From the NCBI RefSeq assembly GCF_018350175.1, contig NC_058368.1, forward strand, positions 176,516,001-176,580,000: a stretch of DNA of 64,000 nt, given 5' to 3'. Under the pieces are notes generated by a model. The model was not told where the DNA came from, did not search any database, and saw only the letters and a program-made list of their open reading frames with translations. Source of the DNA: Felis catus (taxonomy: Eukaryota). The stretch's first letter is position 1. Each line of letters opens with the position of its first letter. The position numbers and the translations under genes were made by a program. Below, piece by piece: positions 37,701 through 49,735 of the stretch.

Positions 37701-40284
37701 CCAGGCCCCCTTTCTGTTCTATCTGAGATCAGGGGCTGCTGCTCTGAGCAGTTGCTTCCTCTTCTCCCTGCACTGGAGCTGGGCTGCCCCTGAGGACACA
37801 CTCATACGTTTCCACACTTCCACCAGGTTCCTGGGGGGCCGGGGATGGGATGGATCTGTAGATTCCCAGCAGGTCCCCCCCTTCTCCTTGAGATTCTGTC
37901 ATCTGGCTACACTGCCGTCTCTCCCACCTCACGGCTGCCATCTGCCACCCCCCTGGTTGCCCCCTAATTCACAGAAGACGGGACCTCACGTGGGGGGACT
38001 TGGAGGCTCGCGGGAGTGGCTCACCCAGGCCCTGAGCGTCACCACCCCCCACCTCCCTTCTCTTCCTCTGCCCCTCAGCCGCCTGACCCCACTGCACTCT
38101 AGGGACCCTGTCGTCCTCAGACACTGCTGCCTTGCAATCCTCCCGTGGTTCTCTAGGTTTTCTGTCCAGTTCTGAGAACACAGTTTCTTCCTAGCTGTCT
38201 TTTCTCAAGCCCGACTTCCTTCCTCGCAGCTGATGATCTCAGCTCATTCTTCGTGGAGTAAAAGAGGTCTCTAGGGGCAAAGCGCACATTCCCACCACCA
38301 AACCTACCACCTTCCCTCTTCGTAGACACCTTCTCGCTCCTGCCACACAGCAGATGTCCTTCTCCCCACCACGGCCGCCTTGCCTTTTGGGCTCTGGATC
38401 CCCTCTGGCTTTCTCGGGAGCCTTGCTTATTTGATTTTCCCTCCATTCAACATCATCGACGCCTTCCTTTTTAGCCGATCCACCCACAGCATGGTGGGGC
38501 AGGGGTCCACCAACTGTGACCCGTGGGCCAAATCTGGCCTGCCAACCTCCGGAGTGCAGACCACCGCCATTTTTGCCCTGGACCCCTGCGGTGGCCGGGC
38601 ACATCTGCCTGGCCTCTCCCCAGCCCCAGGTCATGGCCCACAGCTTCTCCAAAGATCGATTGAGCTCTTACTGTGTGCCAGGTGCTGGGGATAAAAAGTG
38701 AGGAAGATAGACCCGTCTCTGCTTCCGCCCAGCCTCCGATGGGGTGAGAGAGAAAGCAAGCCGACAAAAGGTGATAAATGCTCTGAACAACATGTGCTGA
38801 AACAGACATCTGCAGAGTGTGGTCTTGAAGGGTATTTCTAAGTAAGTGACATTTACGCTGAAACCTCGACGTGGCAAGGCCTTGTGGGCCCTGGTGAGGA
38901 ACTTTGGGCTGGATGGCAGACTCTTTGGGGGATTTTAAGCAGAGGGATTCTATAATTTGGTTAATGTTTCGAGAAAGTCCCTGCAGCTGCTGTGTGGATG
39001 ATGGAGGAGGTGGGGGGAGGTCAGAGGAGGTGGGAAGCGCTGATTGGCCAGGCTGGGTGCACAGCCCGCAGCCAGGGGAATGAGACCAGCTGGCGGGATC
39101 CACAGGGGTGGGACTGGGTGGGATTTTTTTCCCCCCGAGGAAAATTGAGGTGCTGTTTCCAAAAGAAGAGGAATGAAGCCTAGACCAGAAAAAATAATAA
39201 CTGTCCCAAGTCAGCAACCAGAGTGGAGTGGATCAAAGGGAATATCATGGACGTGAAAAGCATAAGGAAGTAAAGGGCCGTTGACACCTGGGACGTGTGG
39301 AGGCTCAGTAAAAGTTTATTGAATGAAGAGTTAACAGGTTGAAAACAGGGAGGGCCGTGCACTCTGGAAGGAGAGATCTCTTTTCCCTGCTGCTGATTCA
39401 GGTGGAGATGGCAGAAGGCTTAGCAACATTCTATGTGGTTTCTTGAGGGTGATCAACCTTATAAAGGTCCACCAGGTCCAGTCTGAGGGAAGCCAATCTC
39501 GGCAGCTATCAGAAATAACTCCCTCTTGGACCCCTTCGCCCCGTCTGTCTTCCTCACCCACCGGGTAGTCATGTCTTTAAGTGGAGAGACATCTGGGGGT
39601 GCCTACGAAGAGGTGGGCACCGCTCTGGGCACCAGGGATACAAGAGTGGATTCGATCCCATCCCTGCCCTTGAGGAGCTAATGGTTCACCAAAGGAGGCA
39701 GAGACGTCAGCAAATTAGTACAGATTAACCCAGCCTGGCAGGGCGGGGGGGAGGGGTGGGGTCTGCCAGGGAGGGCTTTCTGGGGCAGGTCACGTGGAAA
39801 CTGTGAGGTTTGAATGGAGAGCGGGCGAATAGGCATGACCCAGGTGCAATGTGTGTGAGTGGATGCGCGTGGAGCGGGGGCGGGGGCGACCATTCCAGTG
39901 GGGGAGGGAAGCATGCGTACAGCGGGCATGAATCCCAATCCGTAAACCCAGGCGAGCATGAAATGAGCTTATTTTCCTCACAACTTCATTTCCGTTTTGA
40001 GACCCCATTCCACTGGGGTGCTATCCCTTTCCCCCAAAGCCATGGCCAAGTGGCAGGGGCTGGTATCATGCCAAGATGTGGATGGGGGGTGGGCTTAGGA
40101 CTCAGGAGCTGTCCACACAGTGACCCAGACTGGTCCTAGAGCATCTGTTACATGCTGACCGCTTGCACCATCTGCTTTTCGCCCTGTGACATCTTTCCAG
40201 TGAGTATGGAGGGGAGGGGAGGGGAGGAGAGGTCCCAGGTAAGGGAGGGAAGTGCCAGGGGTCAGGGAGACTCAGTTAATATTT

Positions 40285-40509
40285 TTTTTTTAATTTTTTT
40301 TCAACGTTTATTTATTTTTTGGGGGGGACAGAGAGAGACAGAGCATGAACGGGGGAGGGGCAGAGAGAGAGGAAGACACAGAATCGGAAACAGGCTCCAG
40401 GCTCCGAGCCATCAGCCCAGAGCCTGACGCGGGGCTCGAACTCACGGACCGCGAGATCGTGACCTGGCTGAAGTCGGACGCTTAACTGACTGCGCCACCC
40501 AGGCGCCCC
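40285..40509 (-). mobile_element. Young felid SINE
   Basis: Perfect TSD GACTCAGTTAATATTT at 40269-40284 and 40510-40525. Confidence 0.95.
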
Positions 40510-41686
40510 GACTCAGTTAATATTTAAAACCTAAGTAAGAGCCTTCCACTTTTGTAAAGGCGGCTTACTCTGGCTGGGGCACAGAGTGCCCCAAAGTGCA
40601 GAGTGGGAGTGATGAGGGTGGGAACTGTAGGGGGACAACAGAGGGGCAGAATTGGGGTGGACCCACATATCCTCTCTCTTTTCTCTATGAAGGAGGGGGT
40701 GGCCTGAGCCTGATAGGGTTACTGTTCTCTCTAGCAGAGGTGGGTGGGTTCTCGAAGGCCATCGGCAGGGCGGGGGGGGGGGGGGGGTGCGGTTTATAGT
40801 TTCACTCTTCCCAGATCCTGCAGTGAGAGGTCTAGGTGGTTTGGGGCTATTGCATGACTATTATGTTACTATAGAAACCAAGGGTAACAAGTACCAATCA
40901 CTTTGTTGGGGTCATGGAGTTAACAGAGGCCACATCTCAGCCCCCACCCAGAACACAAACTCCCTTTTCCCTTGCAAACCAGTAGAGAAGGATAAACAGC
41001 CCTTGCAGACTCACTGTCCTGATTTAATCTGATTTAACTGCTTAGCAGTAGTTGGGCAGTTTTGCAATTTATCAGTTTTGCAACTGCCGCTCTGGGGAGG
41101 TGCTTAACAGGTGAATCAGGGCTTCGGTGTTTTCTATTTTATGTAAAGGAAGAAGGGAAAATAGCAAGGATTATTTAAAAAGAAATATTCAAAAGCTATC
41201 CTCAAGGTGGAGAATATATCCTCTCCAAACCAGCTCCTTGATATACTTTTTTTGTTGTTGTTATTATTAGCCTAATGAGTCACCGAGGCCAGAATTAAGC
41301 TGCCTCAGGGCCTTTGCACCCACTGTTCCAGCTACCTAGAAAACCTTTCTTTTTCTGCTCCACCCAGAGACCATCTACTCCCCCTTCAAGATGCTCCTCA
41401 GGAGTTGCCTCCTCCCAGAAACTTCCCTTGATTCTCTCAGTCTAGATCAGGGTGCCCACGTTGTCCTGGGTTTACCCTGGCCCCTCTCTCGTAACATCAA
41501 CATCCATTTCTGCCCCACTCCCTGGTGGCAAGTTTGGTGAAGCAGAGAGCGTGCGGTGTTAGATAAACTTGCTCCCTGGACCGGGCTCTCCTTGGCCAAC
41601 TCTCTAGACGGCCGCCTTGCCTTGTCAGATCTCTTTTCCCACTCTCCAGCCCCTTCCTGCATTAAACAATAATAACGATATTTCCA

Positions 41687-42023
41687 CGATTCGTATGTTG
41701 AAATCCTGATCCCTTAGTGTGACTGCATTTGGAAATGGGGCCTTCGGGGAGATAATTAAGGTTAAATGAGGTCATAAGGGGGAGCTCATCCAGTAGGACT
41801 GCCGTCCTCACAAGAAGAAGAGACACCTGAGATCACTCGCTCTGCGTGTGCACGGTGGTAAGGCCAGGACACGTTGCCAAGGCAGGAAGAGAGTCACCAC
41901 CCACCCGCCCTGCCAGCACCCTAACTTTGGACTTGCAGCCTCCAGAACTGTGAGAGGATACGTTTCTGTTGTTTAAGCCCCCCAGTCTGTCGTATTGTAT
42001 GGTGGCCCCAGCAGACTGGGACA
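41687..42023 (+). mobile_element. MLT1 (MaLR) solo LTR
   Basis: ttcgtatgttgaaatcct...aattaaggttaaatgaggtcataagg...ggacttgcagcctccagaactgtgag...tttctgttgtttaagcc. Confidence 0.85.
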
Positions 42024-42119
42024 CAAGTGTATGGGAGTCACCCCCCGATGGCCACAGAGGAAGTTTTAGCAGTACCTCCATTCCTCTTCTATATTTGAGG
42101 ATTTTTTTTCCAATTCAAA

Positions 42120-42440
42120 AAAAATTATGGTAAAACACGCATTACGTGAAATTTACCATCTTAACCGTTTTTGAGTTGTACAGGTTTGTGGCATGAAGCA
42201 CATCTTCATTGTGCAGCCATCTCGACCATCCATCTCCTGAACATTTTTCGTCTTCCCAGACAGAAACTCTGTGCCCGTTAAACTCTAACTGCCCCCTCCC
42301 TCGGCCCCCGGTAGCTTCCATTCAGCTTTCTCTCTCTATGAATTTGACTGCTCTAGAGACTGTATGTAGGTGGAATCGTATGGTAGTTGTCTTTTGTGAC
42401 TGGCTTATTTCACTTAGCATAATGTCTTGAGGGTTCCTTC
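42120..42440 (-). mobile_element. L1MB-like 3' end fragment
   Basis: aaatttaccatcttaaccgttttt...tatgaatttgact...gactggcttatttcacttagcataatgtc. Confidence 0.8.
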
Positions 42441-42876
42441 TTACTGCATTTCCCTCTACGTGTTTAATTTCAGTGTGCCTGACACACGGTTTTGTGTAGG
42501 GCTTAGACTGGGCCAGTCAGCTCAGTGGCCTGAGATGCGGACCAGAGTTAGGGGCCAGCTAGCACTCTCCTAGGACTGCAGGGTCTGGGGGAGAAACTTG
42601 TCAGGGTCCCAGCCCCAGTCCGTCCCCACCAAAGCTTCAGCCCAACCACAGGCTCTGATGTAACCTCAGCCGCGCCCCAGTGTCACCCTAGCTTGTCCTC
42701 CTCAAGCTTACCTGGATCCACAAGGCCATTCGCAGGAGTCTGGATTCTCAGGTCATCTGCTGACATCTCAAGGATCTGCTAAAGGTGGGGTGAGGGCAGC
42801 AGGCTTAACCAGCGCTTGAACCTTGACGGCCTGTCCCGCAGTTTCTTTCTCCTCAAGTCTTTGCGCCCTCCCCCAA

Positions 42877-42894
42877 GACCACTAGAGGGCGACA
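42877..42894 (+). promoter_or_regulatory. CTCF core motif (forward orientation)
   Basis: GACCACTAGAGGGCGACA, matching the CTCF core through CCACTAGAGGGCG. Confidence 0.6.
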
Positions 42895-45800
42895 GTGCTC
42901 CATCTTCTGCAAAGAAACTGCCGGACCCTCCCAAGGAGGAGCCCAGAGAGCCCTCTTCTCTGGACCTGGGGACTTGGGCCTTAAGGTGAGAATAGGGAAA
43001 AGTTAGTTCCAACGGAATGGGGCCCTCACAAGATCATCCTGCTTCCTGACCCTCTGGCCCGGCAACTCCACTGCCCGGTGCCCTATCTGGGGCTCCGGAG
43101 TAAGCCTGCCTAGGGGTCACTACCCAGCAGAGTCCTGGGAACCTCTTGGGGGAAAAGAGGCTGGTTGTAGCAGAAGGAAACCTCTGCCCGAGGCCCTGGT
43201 CTGCTTTTCCAGCACAACTGCCCCGAATCCTCTGTGTTGGGGCAGCTCCCTTCTGCAGAGTGGGCTTGGGCCGGTCTCTGCTGGCCGACTGCTATCCACC
43301 CCCCAAGGCCCAGTTCTCGTGTGACCTCCTCAGGGAAGCCTTGTTCAGCAGCCTGGCCTCTGTTAAGAACAACTCCAACTGAACCCCTCCCAGGGTGGAA
43401 AGAAAGACTTGGCCAGGAGGGATGGCCCTGGAGTCAAATCTGGATAACCCTGGGACTACCTGGGACCATCTCTCAGGGAGGGCAGAAACTGAAGGAAGAT
43501 TAGAATTGCTCAGAATAATGGAGAGGGTTCTTTTTTTTTTTTTTTTTTTTGGAAGGTTGGGGGTGGGGGGAGGTGGCACCAGAAAAGGGAGAAGAGCGTT
43601 AGCTAGCAAGGGAGACGGGGGTGGATGGGGAAGGCCAGAGACATCGCACCGGGAAATTTCTTACACTTCTGTCCTGGGGTGGCAAGGGGCACCCCCTTCC
43701 TCCAATCCTCCCTCGTGGGGCAGATCTCCCTGGGGGGTATGGAGGTGGGCATGGTCAGTGCTGAGGCGATGAGCGTGGCCAGGCTGCAGGCAGCTCCCCA
43801 CTCAGCTTAGCTAGGGCAAGGCCTGGCCCTTCCCACGCCCCTCCTGGAATGTAGGGCTGCTCCTGGGAGTTGAGCAAAAGTGTGACTTTCCCTCTGGAGT
43901 CCGAGGTCAGTCAGCCTCCCAGGCCTGGGCCAGCATTCTTGACGGGGAGCCAAAACAAGCAAGGGGCGAGGGGCCGGGGCGAGCTCAGGGGCCTGGCAAG
44001 CCCCCGCCATCTGATTGCCCCTTGCTTTCATTCCTTGTGGGAAGGAGGTGTGCTAACGCCAGAAACTGCACCCTGGGGGCGGGGGATATAAATACCGCGG
44101 TTCTACTATTTGGTAGACCCTGTGCTGGTCACCTGTAGATGCTGCTGACAGTGTCGCGGGGCCAACTCCTGAGGCAGTACAGGACCTGAAGGAACACCCA
44201 GCCGGGGTGGGGGCGGGTAATGGGATGAGGAAGCGAAATGGCCTCTAACACTGGTAACAACAATAACCACCATTACTGAGCACCCCCTAAGTGCCAGTCA
44301 CTTTCTGACTCAGTTGGTTCATCTTGACAAGCCACGAGGGGGCTGAGAGCCTCTCAACTCAGAGATCCAGAAACTGAGGCTTAGACAGGGTCAGTGACTT
44401 GCTCGTGATCCCACGGAAGAGGCAGGCCTGGACCCCAGGCTCGCCTGTCTTCTGTGCTGTACCTCATCCCCTCACCTCCACCCCACCTCCCTGTTAGGCA
44501 CCAACACACTGGAAACAGCTGCTCCAAGCTGGGACGCCAGGATGCTGCCTCCCTGGGCGAAGGTCCCCAGGGGACATTTTCTGCCACAATCAGCCGCTCT
44601 TCCTCCCTCTGCGGGCTTGAGGGGATAGTCCTGCAGGCCCCACCTAGAGGCAGGGAAGTGAGACCTACGGGAGGTAGCTCCTCATTGCACAACTCCAGGG
44701 GCCACATCCACACAAGCTTTGGGATGAACAGCACCTCTGGAGGCCCCTCGGGGAGGCCAAGTGGCCTTGCTTGTTGGGGCAGAGTGTGGACATGAACTCA
44801 GGCCTGTCCTGCGGGCTCCGAAGCAGGCCCTTTGGATTCCTCAGAGGATGGCTAAAGCCTTTCCCCTGGCAGCTGGGAAGAGGCAGGAGAGGGCAGTCGG
44901 AGGCTCTCTACCCAGGAAGAAAGGTTTACACCTGGGCAGGCCCCAGCCAGGAGGGGAGAGGGCTGAGACAGAAGACTAGGCTGCCCCAGGCACTTTGTAT
45001 TGATGTAGCGGCCCCTGGGCTTCTGGAAGCTTCCCCTGGGTGCATTTAACAGCCAAGGTCGGGGCTCTGTTCCTATTGTGGATGCCTGGAATAGTCATGT
45101 TTTCCACGTCCTTGTGTGGGAGCCAAAACCAGCTTCCAAGAGCCAGGAGAATTGAGCCTGAAGGAAGAGGGGAAGATTCCCTGGCCCTGGAGTTAGACTA
45201 ATGGTCATTATGTAAGTCAAGGACCCTGATGGGCGGCTTTCTCTCTTTGTCCTTCTAGACGCACAGCCTGATTCCCTCCCCCCTCTCCCAACCTTTCATC
45301 TCTTTTCTCCTCCCCCTCCTCTTACTCCTTCCCCCCACAGCCTCCTTCTGACAATTTACCCACAAACAGTGATGCTGTGGAAAGCGTCAGGCCTGGCCAA
45401 ATTCTGACTCCACAGCTCACACCTGTGTGATTTGGGGCAGGTCACTGCCCTCTCTGAGCCTTTTTCCCCTTGTCTGTAAAATGGGACTATAGTATCTACC
45501 TCACGGGCGGTTTGTGGGATCAACGAAATCGCAGTGCCTATGTTCCGGGACGCTTTGTCCCTGGAAACCACTGGGTCTCGATCCTGGGAACTAAGACCAA
45601 AAAGAAAGAGACGAAATCCTTCTGTCTTTGAGAGGCCATATGGAATGGCATGAAGTTGCCTAATCTGAAGTCTTGGTTTCCCCTCCTACAGGATGGAAGT
45701 AATGATACTTCGAAGAGCTGTCGTGAGGATTCGGAGATGTAATGGAAGTCCTCACCACATAGTACGTGCTCATCAGATGATATTATCCCTGTGGAGGATT

Positions 45801-46494
45801 GCTTGTCCGCAGGAACCCAGGGAAAGGGGGAAAGACAAGTCTCCGTACAGAACTCCTCTGAGGCTGGCTGTGCTTCAGGCATCAGGGTGGCAACGGTCAG
45901 GTGGTGGTGAGGGTCAGGGCACAGGCTTCGTACATTGAAACCTTAGAGAAATATGATGTGCCAGGAAGCATGACCCAGGCATCAGTGAAAGCCTGAACAG
46001 CCAGGAGAAAGAAGGATGTTTAAATTATATCCCTGAATGATCTTCAGCCTTTATGTCTTGAATTTGATCTGTCCTGGCAGCCTCAGAACCACACGGGTCT
46101 GAGCACTCTGTTTATGAGTGTTCCCCTCTGGATTGGTTGGTCTTTGAGGGCAAGGGTCATGTCATACTCGGTTTTGTGTCAAGCGTGCGTATGTGACAGA
46201 AAGTGGTTTAGGGGTTGGGCTTTTGATTCAAGGGGTCAAAAGAAAGACACCCCAGGACTTTTCCTGAAAGGTTTTTAAAGGGTCACTAAGCTGGTATGAT
46301 ATGAGTGAGGAGCCACTGGAGACCATCTTGGTTCACAAAGGGAGAGCCTGCCTGAGAGTGATGTCAACTCAGAGGAAAGCAGAACTGAGACAGAGGCAGA
46401 TGCCTGATGATATCATGTGGACACCTAGATCCAGCCATTCCTGAAGCCAGGAGTTGACCTGTTTAGTTGTGTGAATTGTTTCTTAAGATGCCTT

Positions 46495-46717
46495 TTTTAA
46501 AAAATTAAAAAAAATGTTTATTTATTTTTGAGAGAGACAGAGAAAGGATACGAGTGGGTTAGGGGCAGAGAGAGAGAGGGAGACACAGAATCTGAAGCAG
46601 GCTCCAGGTTCCAAGCTGTCAGCACAGAGCCTGACATGGGGCTCGAACTCACGAGCTGTGAGATCGTGATCTGAGCCCAAGCCGGACGCTCAACCGACTC
46701 AGCCACCCAGGCGCCCC
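46495..46717 (-). mobile_element. CAN-SINE inside an old MLT1-like LTR fragment
   Basis: Typical SINE. Flanks resemble MLT1 (gagagcctgcctgagag..., ttacaacccaaagt). Confidence 0.88.
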
Positions 46718-47929
46718 AAGATGTCCTTCTTGAGTTGAGTTTCAGTCTCTTACAACCCAAAGTCTAGATTAGTATGGCCTTCCCCCCCCCCCCTCTTTAT
46801 TAAAAAGAAATCTTGATGGCACCTATGAAAATGTCCCCTGGCCTAGTAGAAATGGGTGAGATCTTTGAGAGGCACATTTTGCCTTAGCTCTGGAACGGGC
46901 CCACCTAGGGTCCAATCCTTCTTTCACCTTGGAGGGACCCTGGTTCCCTCACCAATAAAATGAGAGGAGACCGACATTGTTGTGAAGATTCATTGAGAGA
47001 AGTACGAACATCCTGGTTTCTTCTGCTTCAGAAATGCAACTTAATTTCTCTTACCCCATTTCTCCCAAAACTCAGTGTCACCAACCCAGGCTGTTTTGGC
47101 AAGCTGGGAAAAGCAGGTCTGGGCAGCTCCCCCTTCTCCCTCCCCCTCTCCCCCCCCCCCCCCATGCCCTAATCCTGATATCACTGCAAGGCTCCACCTC
47201 CAGAAATCTGGGCCCTGCAGCCCCGCCTGGAGGAAGCCCAACCAAACTGGTCAGCCTGGCCTGGCCTCCACTGGAAGCTTGCAGGCCTTTATCTCCACTG
47301 TGACTAAATTTGGATCTCAAACTCCAGACAATCAGCCTGGGAATTCCTGAAGAATTCCAGCAAGGGCTAGCTGTTTTCATCGGTTTTTTTGCAGAGAAGG
47401 GAGATCATTTTTCCGGGTAACAAGTTTAAATGAAAAGTCATAATTCGTCGTTAGAGAAAATTTAGAAAACGCGGTGGGGGAAAGTCAAATAATACCACTA
47501 TCCAGACACAGCCCCCCCTGGACATTTTGCTTCCTTCCTGTTGGTCATTCCAATGCACAGTCAGGTTTGGGGGCTGTTGGTTGTTGTTTTTAATTCCATG
47601 AGATCAGAGTGTATGCACAACTTTATATCTTGATTTTCCCACCATATTTTGACGTAACACGTTCCCGTGTTATAAACTCCCTGCCGAGTGGCAGATGCTG
47701 TGCCTAGCATATCACCAGCGTGGTCTCAATAACTCACACCCATCCTCAAATCAGGAGCTCTTCTTATTCTTGCTTTGCAGATAAGGAAACTGAGGCACAG
47801 AGACCTTAAGTGTCTTGCCCAATGTCATGGTGAGGACGAGGCTGTCTAGCTTCACATGTATACTAGTAACTGGATCCACATGTATATCATGGTTCATTCA
47901 ACGTTTCTCAGAGAAAAGCTGGGTTGTTC

Positions 47930-48352
47930 CTGCCTGCCCCACACTCAGTCCTCGCTGTGCAAATTTCCCACGGAGACTGCGATTCCCAATTCAGTTCTAG
48001 GGTAGCAGCTAGGGAGTTGAGCGCATGTCCTAGGTGGCCAATCAGACCGCTGTATTTCCCTGGCCTCTGTGATTGGCTCAGGAAGGGACACGTGATCCAG
48101 GTGGGCCCACGCAGGGGAGGACATGGATTGCGTCTGCGCTGTGGCCAGCTGCGTCGAGAGCCTGCCTGAGAGTGGCTCTGGAGGGCGGGGCGAGAAGGGG
48201 GAGAGACCTGCTCCGGCGTTTTAGATTCTGGATCCAGTTGTACCTGAAGTGGGTTCTTGGGTTCATGATACTGGACTTTTGAGTTAGCTGAGCTTTTTAA
48301 TCCCTTTAAACCAGTTCGAGTTTGGTTTCTGTCACTTGCAACCAAGAGTTCT
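47930..48352 (+). mobile_element. Old ERVL-MaLR-like LTR
   Basis: ggccaatcaga...tgattggctcagg...cacgtga, with 3' end ggtttctgtcacttgcaaccaagagt. Confidence 0.6.
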
Positions 48353-48795
48353 GGCGAGGTCACTCTGGCTGTTGGAAGTTAGGGTGGCTTATGTAATTTT
48401 TTATCATTATAAATACTGCTGCAATGCTTTACATACAGAGCTTGTCCTTGATTGGAATTCTTTCCTTGTGATATTTTCACAAAATTAGGTGGCAAAAGGA
48501 TCAAACATTTTCAGGACTCTCTGGGCGTTGTGCAAGATGTTTCCTCAAGGTTGGCAATGCTTTGTATCCCTCACCTTCACTCCCCAACGGTATGTGCAGT
48601 TGTGATTTTTAAAATTGAGTACTGAAGAAACTTTCTTTTTTAACAAGCCAAAGTTGTATTTGTTTTTTAAACAGAAAAATTATGTTAATATAAAACAGAT
48701 AAAAATAGACAAAAACCAAAACACACAACAGGCAAAGCACAACACACGGGACCAGTGCAAACCCTTCCCCAACCACACCCCCAAGTTTTAAAACC

Positions 48796-48801
48796 TTTAT
48801 T
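48796..48801 (-). terminator. Candidate polyadenylation signal AATAAA of NEURL1B
   Basis: TTTATT on the + strand. On the minus strand it is followed ~45-90 nt later by a GU/U-rich tract (gtgtgttgtgctttgcctgttgtgtgttttggtttttg). Confidence 0.6.
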
Positions 48802-49707
48802 ACAGATTCCCAAAGATTAGATTGTATTGGAGAAGTCACAGTATTGAATCAGAAAAATAAGAATAAGAGACATTTTTAAAAAGGTCTGTACACAGGTAGT
48901 GGGGGGATGGGATGAGAGACGTACACTTTATCACTCCTACATCAAAAACATAATGCAGAAGGGTTTAAGTGATTAGCACATATTTCTAGAACACTACCAT
49001 GTATGCTAGTCCCTTGCCCACTTTTTAACGTTGCTTTTAAAAAGGATAAAAAGTGCACAGACACTTTCATAAGGCACAGACAGATTGTTGTACGAGTCAT
49101 TTCATTAGGGCTTGGAAAAGACACACAGTTAAATACTGAGAAATGCCAGGAGGCCACGTGTTCCTGAGCGGGCGTCCCTCTGCCAAAACCGGGGCAGAGA
49201 TGGGATCGAGCAGGGGGAGGTTATTGCCTCTCATTCTCCGAGATTTTGTGCAAGCCCATTCTCAACTGGAACTGACGGGGTTGTCTGGGGACTCGGGGAT
49301 TGATTCCAGCATCCCGTCCCGCCTGAAAGGAGCAGGTAGGCCTCTCCCCACGTGTCTCCCTGGCGGGACTTGAAGGTAATCATCAAGCAGTGGAACCTTT
49401 GAGGGTTCTGCCCAAGGCCATTTTGGCGGCAGCTCACTGACTGCAAGGTGCCTGGCATTTCTAATGCGGCGGAGGCTTCTGGAAGCATGCAGGAGGTTCT
49501 GGGTCAGGAGAGCAGTCGTGGGCACTCACCAGGATAAATCCCCGAAGGCAACAGAATGGCCAAGAAACCCCAAAGGATTCTGTCCCCAGTGTCTTATTAT
49601 CCTGTTAATGCCTCTCCTTCTGAAGGTAGAGCTAGGGCTATCCTCTCAGCTCTTCATTCCCAGCACCCCACACCTGGTAGGCGCTCAGCAGATGTTTGTT
49701 GAATGAC

Positions 49708-49735
49708 TGTGTGTGTGTGTGTGTGTGTGTGTGTG
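49708..49735. repeat. (TG)n microsatellite in the NEURL1B 3' UTR
   Basis: Directly visible. Confidence 0.9.

Noticed and set aside
37022..37793. His/Thr/Pro-rich ORFs
   Set aside because: Translations of CA-rich low-complexity DNA.
38784..38798. Degenerate GRE TGAACAacaTGTGCT
   Set aside because: Weaker match within L2-like sequence; expected by chance at this degeneracy.
38471..39217. 248-aa minus-strand ORF
   Set aside because: Non-ATG start, no recognisable domain, and it overlaps L2, LTR and MER58-like fragments.
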